Shown piece after piece: positions 33,698 to 45,171 of a stretch of 64,000 nt of DNA. The notes under the pieces are model-generated. The model had not been told where the DNA came from and searched no databases. It saw nothing but the letters and a program-made list of their open reading frames with translations. Each line of letters begins with the position of its first letter. Position 1 is the stretch's first letter. Origin of the DNA: Burkholderiales bacterium. Its GTDB lineage: Bacteria; Pseudomonadota; Gammaproteobacteria; Burkholderiales; SG8-39. The stretch is from positions 2,840 to 66,839 of the forward strand of contig DASPWT010000198.1 of NCBI GenBank assembly GCA_035637655.1. The letters are read 5' to 3'. A program made the position numbers and the translations under genes.

Positions 33698-34288
33698 ATG
33701 CGCATACTGCTCGTCGCCGCAGCGATCCTCTCGACTGTCTGTACCGACGCCTTTGGGCAGGCCTATCGCTGGGTGGATCAGGACGGCAGGGTCCACTATA
33801 CGCAGACGCCCCCGCCACCCGGTGCGAAAGGGGTGCAAAGAAAGAGCTTCCAACACGGGCCGATCGGCACCGTCGACCTGCCTTACGCCACGCAGGTGGC
33901 GGCGAAGAACTTTCCGGTAACTCTCTACACCCTCCCGGATTGCGGGCCCCCCTGCGACCAGGCTCGCGCGTTGCTCGTCAAGCGCGTGGTACCCTTCAGG
34001 GAAGTCAGCGTCGTCACTCAAAAGGACGCCGATGAGGTGAAGAGGCTGTCCGGCAAAAACGATCTGCCGTTGCTGGTCGTCGGCACCCAGGTGCAAACCG
34101 GATTTCAGGAAGGCCTCCTCAACGGCCTGCTCGATTCCGCCGGCTATCCGTCTTCCGGGCCTCCCGCGCCGATCGAAACGCTGCGAAAGATGGACCGCGC
34201 AGCTCCGGCACCGGCTACAGCCCAAGCGCAGTCACAGCAGGGCGCGGGCGCCGGTACGGAGCCGGCGGCCGATGCCGCTGCCAGATAG
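33698..34288 (+). CDS. Secreted DUF4124 plus glutaredoxin-like fold protein
   Basis: 196 aa. A signal peptide (MRILLVAAAILSTVCTDAFG) is followed by YRWVDQDGRVHYTQTPPP (DUF4124 signature), then a thioredoxin-fold-like segment VTLYTLPDCGPPCDQARALL...LPLLVVG. The tail is low-complexity and Ala/Gln-rich. Confidence 0.65.
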   Translation: MRILLVAAAILSTVCTDAFGQAYRWVDQDGRVHYTQTPPPPGAKGVQRKSFQHGPIGTVDLPYATQVAAKNFPVTLYTLPDCGPPCDQARALLVKRVVPFREVSVVTQKDADEVKRLSGKNDLPLLVVGTQVQTGFQEGLLNGLLDSAGYPSSGPPAPIETLRKMDRAAPAPATAQAQSQQGAGAGTEPAADAAAR

Positions 34289-34321
34289 AGCGGGGGCGTT
34301 GTCTTTCCGAGCAGCGCGTCA

Positions 34322-35101
34322 ATGAAGTTTGCGTCATGGAACGTCAATTCGCTCAAAGTGCGCCTGCCTCATCTGCTCGAATGGCTGGCGCAGCAAGCCC
34401 CGCAAATCGTGTGTCTGCAGGAGATCAAACTCGAGGACGCCAAGTTCCCGATGGAGGAAATCGAGGCGGCGGGATATCACTGCGTCTGGTCGGGGCAAAG
34501 GACTTATAACGGCGTCTCGATCTTGTCTCGCGCAAGCCTGGCGGACGTCGCGGCAGGAATGCCTGCATTTCCCGACGAACAAAAACGCGTCATCGCCGCA
34601 ACCGTTGGGAAGGGCGCCGATGCGATCCGCGTTGTGTGCGCCTATGTTCCAAACGGGCAGGCGGTCGATTCCGAGAAATATGAGTACAAGCTCAAATGGC
34701 TTGCGGCTTTCCGGCACTGGCTTGAGGAAGAGCTAAGAGCAAATCCGCGGCTCGCGGTGCTGGGCGACTACAACATCGCGCCCGCCGATGAGGACGTTCA
34801 CGATCCCAAGGCCTGGCAAGGTCAGATCCTGTGCAGCCCCAAGGAGCGGGAGGCCTTCCGGAAGCTTCTCGCCCTGGGATTGAAAGACAGCTTCAGGATG
34901 TTTACTCAGCCGGACAAATCCTTCACCTGGTGGGACTACCGCATGAATGGGTTCAAGCGCAATCTCGGGTTGCGCATCGACCACATCCTGCTCAGCCCCG
35001 CGCTCGCTTTGCGGTGCCGCACGTGCGCAATCGATCTCGGGCCGCGGCGACTGCAACGCCCATCTGATCATGCGCCGGTGATCGCTAAGCTCGAGCTTTA
35101 G
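34322..35101 (+). CDS. xthA: Exodeoxyribonuclease III
   Basis: 259 aa: MKFASWNVNSLKVR...CLQEIK...SDHAPV. Confidence 0.92.
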   Translation: MKFASWNVNSLKVRLPHLLEWLAQQAPQIVCLQEIKLEDAKFPMEEIEAAGYHCVWSGQRTYNGVSILSRASLADVAAGMPAFPDEQKRVIAATVGKGADAIRVVCAYVPNGQAVDSEKYEYKLKWLAAFRHWLEEELRANPRLAVLGDYNIAPADEDVHDPKAWQGQILCSPKEREAFRKLLALGLKDSFRMFTQPDKSFTWWDYRMNGFKRNLGLRIDHILLSPALALRCRTCAIDLGPRRLQRPSDHAPVIAKLEL

Positions 35102-35182
35102 TCGCTATAATCGAGGCACCCGCAGAGGGGAAAAGGCCAGGCGCTGGGCACAGTCACCGCATCCAATTAGGAGGATGGAATT

Positions 35183-36160
35183 ATGGCTTTCAACAAGTTG
35201 CTGCGCGAAATCGCCGGACTTGTCTTGGCTGTTTGCGTCGCGGCTGACGTGCTCGCTCAGGCCGCCTATCCTGCGAAGCCGGTGAAAATAATCGTGCCCT
35301 ACTCCGCCGGAGGCCCGGCGGACATCTACGCGCGCTTTATCGGCGACCGTCTGCAAAAGACTCTCGGACAAGCTTTTGTAATCGAGAACCGGCCGGGCGC
35401 CGGTGCGATGATCGGCACCGACGCGGTGGCGAAATCTGCCTCCGACGGGTACACGCTGCTCATGATGTCGAATACACACACTGTAAACGAATCACTTTTC
35501 ACGAAGAAATCCTACAGCCTGATGCGGGACCTCACGCCGATCTCGCCGATCAACTATTCCGACCTCCTTCTTGTGGTTCACGCTTCGGTACCGGCGAACA
35601 ATCTGAAGGAGCTCATCGCGCTCGGCAAATCGAAGCCGGGCGCTCTCAATTACGCTTCCTCCGGACCGGGCACGCCCTATCACATGGCGGGCGAGTTGTT
35701 CAAGGCGATGGCCGGAGTCGACGTGGTACACGTGCCCCACAAGGGAAGCGCTGAAGCACGCACCAGTGTCCTCGCAGGCGACGTGCAGATGATGTTCGAC
35801 GCAATTACCACGATGGCGCCGCTCGCGCAGGCGGGCAAGGTTCGCGCCATCGCCACCTCCGGAAAGACGCGTTCCTCGATCACGCCGGGAGTGCCGACCC
35901 TGGACGAAGCCGGCCTGCCCGGTTACGACGCCGTCATCTGGCTGGGGATGATGGCCCCGACCGCGACCCCGAAACCGATCGTCGACATGCTGAATTCCGA
36001 GATTCAGAGAATCGCCGGCTTGCCAGACGTGAAGGAAATCTGGGCCAAGCAGGGCGCAGTTCCGATGCGCATGACCCCGGCAGAATTCGGCAAATTCATG
36101 GAGCAGGATATCCAGAAGTGGGCGAAGGTCGTGAAATTCTCGGGGGCAAAGGTCGATTAG
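35183..36160 (+). CDS. Bug-family (TctC-like) tripartite tricarboxylate transporter substrate-binding protein
   Basis: 325 aa with a signal peptide and then YPAKPVKIIVPYSAGGPADIYARF...VENRPGAGA, the hallmark Bug N-terminus. A GGAGGA Shine-Dalgarno is present. Confidence 0.85.
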   Translation: MAFNKLLREIAGLVLAVCVAADVLAQAAYPAKPVKIIVPYSAGGPADIYARFIGDRLQKTLGQAFVIENRPGAGAMIGTDAVAKSASDGYTLLMMSNTHTVNESLFTKKSYSLMRDLTPISPINYSDLLLVVHASVPANNLKELIALGKSKPGALNYASSGPGTPYHMAGELFKAMAGVDVVHVPHKGSAEARTSVLAGDVQMMFDAITTMAPLAQAGKVRAIATSGKTRSSITPGVPTLDEAGLPGYDAVIWLGMMAPTATPKPIVDMLNSEIQRIAGLPDVKEIWAKQGAVPMRMTPAEFGKFMEQDIQKWAKVVKFSGAKVD

Positions 36161-36207
36161 GGTAGACGGACGAAGCGACATATTTTTGCCGAGGAACCTA
36201 GACACCC

Positions 36208-36678
36208 GTGGCTGAGCGCTTCCAGTTCACCGTCAACGGTGCCGAATCCGACCTCGAGGCGGGGTCGGACACGCCGCTTCTCTACGCGCTCCGCAACGAC
36301 CTTGGGCTGAAAGGCACGCGCTTCGGCTGCGGCAACGCCCAATGTGGCGCCTGCTTCGTGTTGATCGACGGACATCCGGCGCCCGCATGCGACACCCCTC
36401 TGTGGTCTGTGGTCGGTAAGAGTATTACCACGGTCGAAGGCCTGGGTACCGGCGGCCGCCTGCATCCCCTTCAGAACGCTTTTCTTGCAGAGCAGGCAGC
36501 CCAATGCGGCTATTGCACCAGCGGCATCCTGATCAGTGCCGCGGCGCTCTTGGCGAAAAATCCCAGGCCGACCGAAAGCGAAGTGCGCACAGCGCTGGAC
36601 CGCAACCTGTGCCGCTGCGGCTCGCACAACCGCATGGTGCGCGCGGTGTTGCGCGCGGCGTCGGAAATCGCGCCATGA
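36208..36678 (+). CDS. (2Fe-2S)-binding small subunit of a molybdopterin aldehyde/isoquinoline oxidoreductase
   Basis: 156 aa with two Cys clusters, GCGNAQCGACFV and CGYCTSG...CRCG. The start is GTG. Confidence 0.85.
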   Translation: MAERFQFTVNGAESDLEAGSDTPLLYALRNDLGLKGTRFGCGNAQCGACFVLIDGHPAPACDTPLWSVVGKSITTVEGLGTGGRLHPLQNAFLAEQAAQCGYCTSGILISAAALLAKNPRPTESEVRTALDRNLCRCGSHNRMVRAVLRAASEIAP

Positions 36679-38804
36679 ACACCGTTGCCGAGGGCCGACT
36701 CAAGCGGCCGGGAAGCCTGGAGAAAAACTCGAGACTGTCGCAGTGGGTGCGCCTGCACCGCGACGGTACGGTTTCCATTTACAGCGGAAAGGTCGAGCTA
36801 GGCCAAGGTATCCTGACAGCCCTTGCGCAGATTGCGGCGGAAGAGCTCGGGGTCGCGCCGGAACGCATTCACATGGTTGCCGCCGATACATCGGTAAGTC
36901 CCGATGAGGGCGTCACATCGGGCAGCCTCTCGATACAGGATTCCGGTACTGCGCTGCGTCGTGCCTGCGCGCAGGCACGCGCATTGCTCGTGGAGCGTGC
37001 CGCGTCGCGTCTCGGCGTATCGCCCGGCGATTTGCGCGTAGAGGACGGTGTTGTCCGAGCCCTGGGCCGTAGCGTCAGTTTTTGGGAATGCAGCGATGAC
37101 GCATTGTTCGACTGCGAGGTCGACGGGGCGATCGCAGTGAGCCCGCCGGGTGATTACCGGGTGGTCGGCAAAGCTGCTCAGCGGCGTGACCTGCCCGACA
37201 AGATCGCCGGCCGGCCCCGCTTCATCCAGGACATGGCATTACCCAGGATGCTCTACGGCCGCGTGGTTCGCCCGCCGCACAGCTTCGCGGGGCTCGTTTC
37301 TCTGGACGAGAGTAAGGTCAGATCGATGCAGGGACTTACGGCGATCGTACGCGAGGGCGGTTTTGTTGGCGTACTCGCCGAGCGCGAGGATACGGCGATC
37401 TCCGCCCAGCAGGCGCTTCGGCGGGCTGCGTCGTGGAGCGACCGCGGCTCGCTGCCCCGAGACATCCATTCATGGCTCAAAGAGCATTCTGTCGAACACC
37501 GCGTCGTCAGCCAAAAGGAAGACGCCGCAGCAAGATCCCGGGCAGCGAATACGCTCGAAGCCGTCTATTCCAAGCCCTACCTATCGCACGCTTCAATCGG
37601 TCCGTCCTGTGCGATCGCCCGGTTCGAGGGCGACAAGCTCACAGTTTGGAGCCACAGCCAGGGGATATTCAATCTGCGCCGCGACTTAGCCATCGTCTTG
37701 GGAATGCATGAAGAGGCGATCGTGGTTCGGCACGCGGAAGGCGCGGGCTGCTATGGACACAACGGCGCCGACGATGTGGCGCTCGACGCAGCGCTGCTCG
37801 CGCGGGCCGTGCGCGGGCGCCCGGTCCAGGTGCAATGGGCGCGAGACGACGAATTCGCATGGGCTCCGTGCGGGCCCGCCATGGCGTTCACGTTGCGCGC
37901 GGCGCTCGATTCGCAGGGCGACATCGTCGATTGGCAGCACGAGCTCTGGAGCAATGGACACAGCAGCAGACCCGGACGCGCGGAGAATCCGGCACTCCTG
38001 GCGGCATGGCACTTGTCGAGACCGTATGAGCGACCTTCGGCGATCAACATGCCGCTTCCCGCGGGAGCTGCGGACCGCAACGCCATTCCGATATACGATT
38101 TTCCGAACCAGCGCGTCGTCAACCACTACGTACGCGAGATGCCGGTGCGAACCTCGGCGCTGCGCTCCCTGGGTGCCTACGGCAACGTGTTTGCGATCGA
38201 ATCCTTCATGGACGAGCTCGCTCAGGCGGCAGGAATGGACCCGATCGCCTTCCGCCTGCGGCATCTCGGGGATCCACGGGGTCGTGCGGTCATAGACGCA
38301 GCGGCGCGGCGCGCCGAGTGGAGCCGCTGGAAACCCGCCGAAGGCCGCGGTCACGGCATCGGATTTGCGAAATACAAGAATCTTGGCGCTTACTGCGCAG
38401 CGGTCGCCGAAGTAGAGGTCGACCACGAGGTGCGCGTGAATCGCCTGGTTCTTGCGGTCGATGTGGGGCTCGTCATCAACCCAGACGGCGTGATCAATCA
38501 GATCGAGGGTGGCGCGATTCAGTCGACCAGCTGGACGCTCAAGGAACAGGTGAAGCTTGGCGTACGCGGCATTGCGAGCCTCGGTTGGGAGGATTACCCC
38601 ATCCTGAAATTCAGCGAGGTACCGGTCGTTGAAGTCGAGTTGATCGACCGACCCGAACTCCCTGCCGTCGGCGCGGGCGAAGCCGCGCAGGGTCCCACGG
38701 CGGCGGCAATCGCCAATGCGGTGGCGCACGCGCTCGGATTGCGCATGCGCGATCTTCCGCTTACGCACGAGCGGATTGCCATGGCGATAAGTCAGTCGAC
38801 GTAG
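36675..38804 (+). CDS. Molybdopterin-dependent oxidoreductase large subunit (IorB/aldehyde oxidase beta-like)
   Basis: 709 aa from [13 protein letters not shown]. The ATG overlaps the small-subunit stop (ATGA). Family motifs include [23 protein letters not shown] and GAGEAAQGP. Confidence 0.85.
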   Translation: MNTVAEGRLKRPGSLEKNSRLSQWVRLHRDGTVSIYSGKVELGQGILTALAQIAAEELGVAPERIHMVAADTSVSPDEGVTSGSLSIQDSGTALRRACAQARALLVERAASRLGVSPGDLRVEDGVVRALGRSVSFWECSDDALFDCEVDGAIAVSPPGDYRVVGKAAQRRDLPDKIAGRPRFIQDMALPRMLYGRVVRPPHSFAGLVSLDESKVRSMQGLTAIVREGGFVGVLAEREDTAISAQQALRRAASWSDRGSLPRDIHSWLKEHSVEHRVVSQKEDAAARSRAANTLEAVYSKPYLSHASIGPSCAIARFEGDKLTVWSHSQGIFNLRRDLAIVLGMHEEAIVVRHAEGAGCYGHNGADDVALDAALLARAVRGRPVQVQWARDDEFAWAPCGPAMAFTLRAALDSQGDIVDWQHELWSNGHSSRPGRAENPALLAAWHLSRPYERPSAINMPLPAGAADRNAIPIYDFPNQRVVNHYVREMPVRTSALRSLGAYGNVFAIESFMDELAQAAGMDPIAFRLRHLGDPRGRAVIDAAARRAEWSRWKPAEGRGHGIGFAKYKNLGAYCAAVAEVEVDHEVRVNRLVLAVDVGLVINPDGVINQIEGGAIQSTSWTLKEQVKLGVRGIASLGWEDYPILKFSEVPVVEVELIDRPELPAVGAGEAAQGPTAAAIANAVAHALGLRMRDLPLTHERIAMAISQST

Positions 38805-40342
38805 TGGTATGCAGGCAAGGTAAGGAACTCGACGTAGAGATCGTCAGTCGTGATTCGGTCGAAGAGCTTCGCGCCTTCTTCGTACTTACCCGCTTTCCAT
38901 GCCTCGTCACCGAGGTAGGTTTTCACCTTGGGCAATTCTTCGGCAAGGAGCTTTTTGAACAGCTCCTGGGTGACTTTACGGCCGTCTTGCAGCTTGCCTT
39001 TGGGAGAGCGCATCCACTGCCAGATCTGAGAGCGCGAGATTTCTGCGGTGGCCGCGTCCTCCATCAGGTTGAATACGGGCACGCAACCGTTACCCGCGAG
39101 CCACGCCCCCAAATACTGGATTCCGACTGAGATATTGTTGCGCAGGCCGGCCTCGGTGATCGGTCCCTCGGGCCGGAAATCGAGCAGGTCCTTTGCGGCG
39201 ACCACCACGTCCGGGCGCTGCCTGTCGTACTGGTTGGGTCGGGGCATGTGCTCATCGAATACTGCTTTTGCGATCGGCACCAGACCGGGATGCGCGACCC
39301 AGGTTCCGTCGCAACCGTCGGTCACTTCGCGAAGCTTGTCCTCGCGAACTTTCGCGAGCGCGGCATCGTTGGCTGCGGGATCGTTCTTGATCGGGATCTG
39401 CGCCGCCATTCCACCCATCGCCGGGGCTCCGCGGCGATGGCAGGTCTTCACGAGGAGCAACGCATAGGCGCGCATGAACGGCGCGGTCATCGTCACCTGC
39501 GCGCGGTCGGCAAGGCAAAAACCCCGGTTCGCGCGGAACTTCTTGATGCAAGAAAAGATGTAGTCCCATCGACCGATGTTGAGTCCGGCGGAGTGCTCGC
39601 GCAGCTCCCACAGGATTTCGTCCATTTCGAACGCGGCAACTACCGTCTCGATCAGCGCTGTGGCCTTGATCGATCCCTGCGGTACGCCCAATTCCTCCTG
39701 GGCGAAGTTGAAAATATCGTTCCAAAGCCGCGCCTCGAGATAGGACTCCATCTTCGGCAGGTAGAAGTACGGCCCCGTGCCGCGTGCAAGCAGCTCCTTT
39801 GCATTGTGAAAAAAATACAGCGCGAAGTCGAATATCGCGCCTGAAACGGGCTTCCCGTCGACAAGCAGATGTTTCTCATCCAGATGCCAGCCGCGCGGGC
39901 GCGGAATCAGAACCGCCACCTTGCTCTTCAACCGGTATGTCTTTCCCTCCTGTTCGAACCCGATGTTCCCGCGCACGGCATCGTGCAGGTTGATCTGACC
40001 TTCGACCATATTGGCCCAAGTCGGGCAGTTGGCGTCCTCGAAGTCCGCCATGAACGTGGAAGCGCCCGAGTTGAGTGCGTTGATCACCATTTTTCGGTCC
40101 GTCGGCCCGGTGATCTCCACGCGGCGGTCCAGCAAATCCTCTGGTTGCAGGCCGATCGTCCATTCCTCGGCGCGAACCCGCTCGGTTTCTGGAATGAAAT
40201 CGGGGAACTTTCCGGCGTCGAATTCTTTCTGGCGCGCCGCACGCCGGGCAAGCAGCTCATGTCGGCGAGGTTCGAAAGCGCGATGCAACTTGGCGACAAA
40301 ATCCAAGGCCGCGGGTGTCAGAACCTGTGCCGCTCCGGACAA
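38792..40342 (-). CDS. aceB: Malate synthase A
   Basis: About 516 aa: [59 protein letters not shown]. Only a TTG (40342) is available as a start after the in-frame ntrC stop, and no clear SD is visible, so the start is uncertain. Confidence 0.88.
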   Translation of the reverse strand: MSGAAQVLTPAALDFVAKLHRAFEPRRHELLARRAARQKEFDAGKFPDFIPETERVRAEEWTIGLQPEDLLDRRVEITGPTDRKMVINALNSGASTFMADFEDANCPTWANMVEGQINLHDAVRGNIGFEQEGKTYRLKSKVAVLIPRPRGWHLDEKHLLVDGKPVSGAIFDFALYFFHNAKELLARGTGPYFYLPKMESYLEARLWNDIFNFAQEELGVPQGSIKATALIETVVAAFEMDEILWELREHSAGLNIGRWDYIFSCIKKFRANRGFCLADRAQVTMTAPFMRAYALLLVKTCHRRGAPAMGGMAAQIPIKNDPAANDAALAKVREDKLREVTDGCDGTWVAHPGLVPIAKAVFDEHMPRPNQYDRQRPDVVVAAKDLLDFRPEGPITEAGLRNNISVGIQYLGAWLAGNGCVPVFNLMEDAATAEISRSQIWQWMRSPKGKLQDGRKVTQELFKKLLAEELPKVKTYLGDEAWKAGKYEEGAKLFDRITTDDLYVEFLTLPAYHYVD

Positions 40343-40447
40343 GGCGAGCGCGCGGATTTCGACTCCCGCCGGAAGAGCTGCCTTCTGGATGGCAACTGAA
40401 GGTGCAATGCTCAGGGCGTTCCCCAGATCAAGCTTATTCCATTCTAC

Positions 40448-41857
40448 CTATTGCGCGTCGGCGGAGGTCCCGTCTCCGATGCCCAGCTCGCCGATCTTTC
40501 GGGTAATCGTGTTACGGCCTATGCCCAGCAGACCCGCCGCCTCGATGCGCCGGCCGCCGGTATGCGCGAGGGCCTTTGCGATCAGCGTCTTCTCGAAGCT
40601 TTTCGAGAGGCTTTCCATGATGTTCGTTTCACCGCTTACCAGCCTGCGATCCGCTTCCCGTGCCAGCGCAACGAGCCACTCGCCGGAGGGCGCTGCGGCA
40701 TCCTCGCGGAGTTCCGGCGGAAAGTCACCGAACTCGATGACCTGCGTGGGTGACATCACGGTGAGCCAGTGACACACATTTTCGAGCTGACGTACGTTTC
40801 CAGCAAGATTCTGAGCCGAGAGGTGGGCCATCGCCGAATCCGACAGGCGCTTGGGCTCTACGCCGAGCTCTCTGGCTGATTTGGCGAGGAAGTGCCGTGC
40901 AAGCAGCGGGATATCTTCGCGGCGTTCACGCAGCGAGGGCAGCCGCAACCGGATTACGTTCAGCCGGTGATACAGGTCCTCACGGAACAGGCCTTCGCGC
41001 ACCCGTGTTTCTAAGTCCTGATTGGTCGCGGCTATGACACGGACACTCGCGCGAATAGGCTGATGGCCGCCGACCCGATAGAAATTTCCATCAGACAACA
41101 CGCGCAGCAAGCGGGTTTGCAGTTCGGCCGGCATGTCGCCGATCTCATCCAGGAACAGGGTACCGCCTTCGGCCTGCTCGAAGCGACCCCGCCGCAGAGC
41201 CTGTGCCCCCGTGAAGGCGCCGCGCTCGTGCCCGAAGAGCTCCGATTCCAGAAGGTCTTTTGGCATTGCCGCAGTATTTATTGCGATGAATGGCTTGTCT
41301 GCGCGCGGACTATGGCGGTGCAACGCTCGCGCCACGAGTTCCTTGCCTGTTCCGGACTCGCCAGTGATCAGGACCGTGGCGCTCGACTGCGACAAGCGGC
41401 CGACCGCGCGGAACACCTCTTGCATCGACTGTGCTTGGCCGAGGATATCCGGCGTCCCGGTCAACAACTCCGCGGCTTCGCCCTCCCGCATGCTCTCGCC
41501 CAGTGCCCGGCGGATGAGTTCGACCGCCTGGTCGACGTCGAATGGCTTTGGCAGATACTCGAACGCACCACCTTGGAACGCCGCCACCGCCGACTCCAAA
41601 TCAGAGTACGCGGTCATAATAATGACCGGAAGACTGGGGAAACGTTGCTTTAGAGTTTGCAACAGCTCCAGACCTGACGCGCCGGGCATGCGGATGTCTG
41701 AAACGAGCACCTGCGGGGCGCCAGCCGCGTCGAGCGCCTCCATAGCCTCAGTCGCCTGAGCAAAGGTCTTGAAGGGAATGCCTTCGCGAGCAAGTGCCTT
41801 CTCGAACACCCAGCGGATGGAGCGGTCGTCATCGATGACCCAGACAGGTCTCATCAT
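40448..41857 (-). CDS. ntrC: Nitrogen regulation protein NR(I), sigma54-dependent response regulator
   Basis: 469 aa: a receiver domain (VWVIDDDRSIRWV), an AAA+ domain (GESGTGKE, GAFTGA, the ESELFGHERGAF loop) and a C-terminal Fis-type HTH. Confidence 0.93.
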   Translation of the reverse strand: MMRPVWVIDDDRSIRWVFEKALAREGIPFKTFAQATEAMEALDAAGAPQVLVSDIRMPGASGLELLQTLKQRFPSLPVIIMTAYSDLESAVAAFQGGAFEYLPKPFDVDQAVELIRRALGESMREGEAAELLTGTPDILGQAQSMQEVFRAVGRLSQSSATVLITGESGTGKELVARALHRHSPRADKPFIAINTAAMPKDLLESELFGHERGAFTGAQALRRGRFEQAEGGTLFLDEIGDMPAELQTRLLRVLSDGNFYRVGGHQPIRASVRVIAATNQDLETRVREGLFREDLYHRLNVIRLRLPSLRERREDIPLLARHFLAKSARELGVEPKRLSDSAMAHLSAQNLAGNVRQLENVCHWLTVMSPTQVIEFGDFPPELREDAAAPSGEWLVALAREADRRLVSGETNIMESLSKSFEKTLIAKALAHTGGRRIEAAGLLGIGRNTITRKIGELGIGDGTSADAQ

Positions 41858-41863
41858 GGTCTT

Positions 41864-42937
41864 TCAGCGAAGCGGCAGAACGATGCGAAAGCTGGTTCTT
41901 CCCGGCTGGCTATCGCATTCCACCACCCCGTGGTGCTGCTGCACGAAAGTCTGCGCGAGCGTCAGGCCGAGTCCGGTCCCACCCTCACGGCCGGATACCA
42001 GCGGATAGAAAATCTGGTCGCGGATTTCCGCCGGCACGCCCGGTCCGTTATCGACCACTTGCAATTCTAATGCCAGCCTGCGCAAGCGCCGGGCGAGCGT
42101 TACTTGGCGGGCAACCCGGGTGCGCAGGACGATTTCGCCCTGGCTTTGAAGCCCAGCCGCTGCGGTAGCACGGACTCCCAGTATGGCTTGCGCGGCATTC
42201 CGCGCGATGTTGAGGACGGCCTGGATGAGTTGCTCCGGATCGCCGCGAAACTCGGGCAGACCGACGTCGTAATCGCGTCTTACCCGTATGCCTTCCGGAA
42301 ACTCGGCAAGAATAAGGCTGCGCACCCGTTCACATACCTCATGGATGTTCATCGGCACGTGGTTCGGTGGGCGATGTGGGGTAAGAAGTCGGTCCATGAG
42401 AGCCTGCAGACGGTCGGCCTCCTTGATGATCACCCGAGTGTATTCGCGCAGGCTCGGCCGGTCGAGTTCACGGTCGAGGAGTTGAGCTGAGCCGCGCAAA
42501 CCTCCCAACGGATTCTTGATTTCATGAGCGAGGTTGCGGATCAGCTCCCGATTGGCCCGATGCTGGCTCATGCGTTGCTCTTCTCGTTCGATGCGGAGCC
42601 TCTGGTCGATCGGCCGCAGCTCAAGCAGCAGCGCAGCCTGCGGCAGCTCGACTGGCGTAACGATGCAGTCAAGGTGCAGGGGCTCCTGGCCCGTTGGCAC
42701 GAGGATCAAGTCCTGATCAGCAAAGCCACGCTCCTCGCGAATCGCTTGATGCAGGAGGCCTGCCAGGGAGCCCGAGTCTGCAAAAAGTCCCGGAAAAGGC
42801 TGGTCGAGGATGACCTTGCGGCTGGCGGCGAATAGCGTTTCCGCCGCAGGATTGACGTACTTCACATGGAGTGCCCGGTCCAAGAGCACGACGGCCGTGG
42901 CAAGCCAGTCCAGGCCCGGTGAGGCTGCCGGATTCAT
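41864..42937 (-). CDS. ntrB: Nitrogen regulation sensor histidine kinase NtrB (NR-II)
   Basis: 357 aa with a PAS-like N-terminus, the H-box LAHEIKNPLGG, and an ATPase domain (NIARNAAQA, DNGPGV, GTGLGL). Confidence 0.92.
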   Translation of the reverse strand: MNPAASPGLDWLATAVVLLDRALHVKYVNPAAETLFAASRKVILDQPFPGLFADSGSLAGLLHQAIREERGFADQDLILVPTGQEPLHLDCIVTPVELPQAALLLELRPIDQRLRIEREEQRMSQHRANRELIRNLAHEIKNPLGGLRGSAQLLDRELDRPSLREYTRVIIKEADRLQALMDRLLTPHRPPNHVPMNIHEVCERVRSLILAEFPEGIRVRRDYDVGLPEFRGDPEQLIQAVLNIARNAAQAILGVRATAAAGLQSQGEIVLRTRVARQVTLARRLRRLALELQVVDNGPGVPAEIRDQIFYPLVSGREGGTGLGLTLAQTFVQQHHGVVECDSQPGRTSFRIVLPLR

Positions 42938-43052
42938 ACGCTGGAACCCGTTTCGGAGACCGGGGTGGCAGTCGTGCGGCGCCGCGCCAAGGGAGCGCCG
43001 GCCCCCTGCCCGAGCCAGGCTGCCTGATTCGCGGAAGCAGCGCGAGTCGCCC

Positions 43053-43514
43053 TTACTTGAGGCGGCCGAGCTCGCCGCGAAGCTGCTCGATGTTCTTGGT
43101 GTGCTGGCTGACCGTTTCCTGGTATGGCTTCAATCGCTCCAGCACCCGAGCGTAGTTGCGCTCGTCGCCGTCGCGAATTCCTTCCTGCTCGACGAGCTTC
43201 TGCCGGGCGTCGGAGAGCAGTTGCTGCTCGTTCCGAAGCTCCGACTCTAGAATCCTGCGACGGTTCTCGTTGCGCACCGAGGCGGGGTCCGATACGGCTG
43301 AAGATTGCAGGGCGCGCGCGGGAACCTGAGCCGGCACAACGGACACTTCCTTGCTCACCAAGGTGCAGTTCTTGCCCACCGTGTCGCGTTTGACATTGGT
43401 GTAAGTCGGACGCCCACTCGCGTCGGGGCACTTGTACACCTCGCTCTGAGCGTGACCACAGGGCGCCGCCAGCGCGAGAAAAACCCAGCCGATCAATCGC
43501 TTGTTCAGTGCCAT
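43053..43514 (-). CDS. DUF4124 domain-containing secreted protein
   Basis: 153 aa: a signal peptide, VYKCPDASGRPTYTN (DUF4124 signature), and a coiled-coil-like C-terminus. It lies between glnA and ntrB. Confidence 0.7.
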   Translation of the reverse strand: MALNKRLIGWVFLALAAPCGHAQSEVYKCPDASGRPTYTNVKRDTVGKNCTLVSKEVSVVPAQVPARALQSSAVSDPASVRNENRRRILESELRNEQQLLSDARQKLVEQEGIRDGDERNYARVLERLKPYQETVSQHTKNIEQLRGELGRLK

Positions 43515-43575
43515 CGCCCCCCCGGACCCTAATGGGAGTTTTAAGTGTAGGCCAAAACAACCCTGATTTCAAATG

Positions 43576-43615
43576 AAAAAGGGACGAACCAGCCGACGGT
43601 GGGGCGCTCCGTCCC
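43576..43615 (-). terminator. Possible intrinsic terminator after glnA
   Basis: The minus strand has GGGACG...CGTCCC followed by TTTTTC. The loop is long (about 23 nt), so confidence is modest. Confidence 0.4.
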
Positions 43616-43683
43616 TCCGCGCCAGTAAAAAATCAATTCCCGATCCGGACCTACCGGGTCCTTCGAGACGTCCGTCCCCCGTC

Positions 43684-45099
43684 TTACGAACTGTAGTACA
43701 TGTCGAATTCAACCGGATGGGTTGTCATGCGGAAGCGCGTGAGTTCTTCATGTTTCAGGGCACAGTAGGCGTCGAGCATGTCGTCGGAAAACACACCGCC
43801 CTTGGTCAGGAAGTCACGATCCTTGTTGAGGTGCTCGAGGGCCATCTCCAAGGACGAACAAACCTGCTGGATCTTTTTCGCCTGCGCCGGGGGCAAGTCG
43901 TACATGTTCTTGTCAATCGGGTCGCCAGGGTGGATCTTGTTCTGCACGCCATCCAAGCCCGCCATCAGCATCGCCGAGAAGGCGAGATAGGAATTGGTGG
44001 TCGGGTCCGGGAAACGCACCTCAACTCTACGCGCCTTCGGATCTGTGACCAGCGGAATTCGGCAGGCTGCGGAACGATTGCGTGACGAGTAAGCCAGGTT
44101 GATCGGCGCCTCGAACCCAGGCACCAGCCGTTTGTACGAATTCGTGCCAGGATTGGTGATCGCGTTGAGCGCTCTTGCATGCTTGATAATGCCGCCAATG
44201 TAATACAGGGCAAAATCGGATAACCCGGAGTAACCGCTGCCCTGAAACATGTTCTTACCTTCCTTCCAAACTGACTGGTGTACGTGCATGCCCGAGCCGT
44301 TGTCGCCGACCACGGGTTTCGGCATGAACGTCGCGGTCTTCCCGTACGAATGCGCCACGTTCCAGATCGTATATTTCAGGATCTGCATCCAGTCGGCGCG
44401 TTTCACCAGGCTGTTGAACTTGGTACCGATCTCGTTTTGGCCCATCGCTCCCACCTCATGGTGGTGCACCTCACACTCGACACCCTGCTGTTCCAGCGCG
44501 AGCACGATGGCGTTGCGGATGTCCTGCAGCGTATCGATAGGGGGGACCGGGAAATACCCCCCCTTGATGGGCGCGCGGTGCCCCATATTGCCCCCCTCGA
44601 ACTCTATCCCCGAGGACCACGGCGCCTCCTCGGACTTGATCTTGCAGAAGCAACCGGACATCTCCACACTCCAAGTCACGGAGTCAAAAATGAAGAACTC
44701 GGGTTCCGGGCCGAAGTAGGCGGTATCGCCGAGGCCGGTGGATTTGAGGTACGCCTCGGCGCGCCTGGCAATGGTGCGCGGATCGCGGTCGTAGCCCTTG
44801 CCGTCTGAAGGTTCGACGCAGTCACAGGTGATGTTCAGCACCGGCTCGTCTGTGAAGGGGTCCATGCGTGCCGAATCCGGGTCGGGCATCAACAGCATGT
44901 CCGAGGCCTCGATGCTCTTCCAGCCCGCGATCGAAGACCCGTCGAAAAAATGTCCGCTTTCGAATTTGTCCGTAGTGAAGGCTTTGACCGGTACGGACAC
45001 GTGCTGCTCCTTGCCTCGCGTATCGGTAAAGCGCAGGTCCACGAATTTGACCTCCTTCTCCTTGATCATTTTCATGACGTCAGCGGCAGACGTTGCCAT
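43684..45099 (-). CDS. glnA: Glutamine synthetase, type I
   Basis: 471 aa with [22 protein letters not shown] and the adenylylation-loop region NMYDLPP. Confidence 0.95.
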   Translation of the reverse strand: MATSAADVMKMIKEKEVKFVDLRFTDTRGKEQHVSVPVKAFTTDKFESGHFFDGSSIAGWKSIEASDMLLMPDPDSARMDPFTDEPVLNITCDCVEPSDGKGYDRDPRTIARRAEAYLKSTGLGDTAYFGPEPEFFIFDSVTWSVEMSGCFCKIKSEEAPWSSGIEFEGGNMGHRAPIKGGYFPVPPIDTLQDIRNAIVLALEQQGVECEVHHHEVGAMGQNEIGTKFNSLVKRADWMQILKYTIWNVAHSYGKTATFMPKPVVGDNGSGMHVHQSVWKEGKNMFQGSGYSGLSDFALYYIGGIIKHARALNAITNPGTNSYKRLVPGFEAPINLAYSSRNRSAACRIPLVTDPKARRVEVRFPDPTTNSYLAFSAMLMAGLDGVQNKIHPGDPIDKNMYDLPPAQAKKIQQVCSSLEMALEHLNKDRDFLTKGGVFSDDMLDAYCALKHEELTRFRMTTHPVEFDMYYSS

Positions 45100-45171
45100 C
45101 TCGGAATCTCCTCAGGTTGCGGATTGTTGGTTGGTTAAAGAAGGGAAAACCGCGCCAAATCGGGGGAGTAT

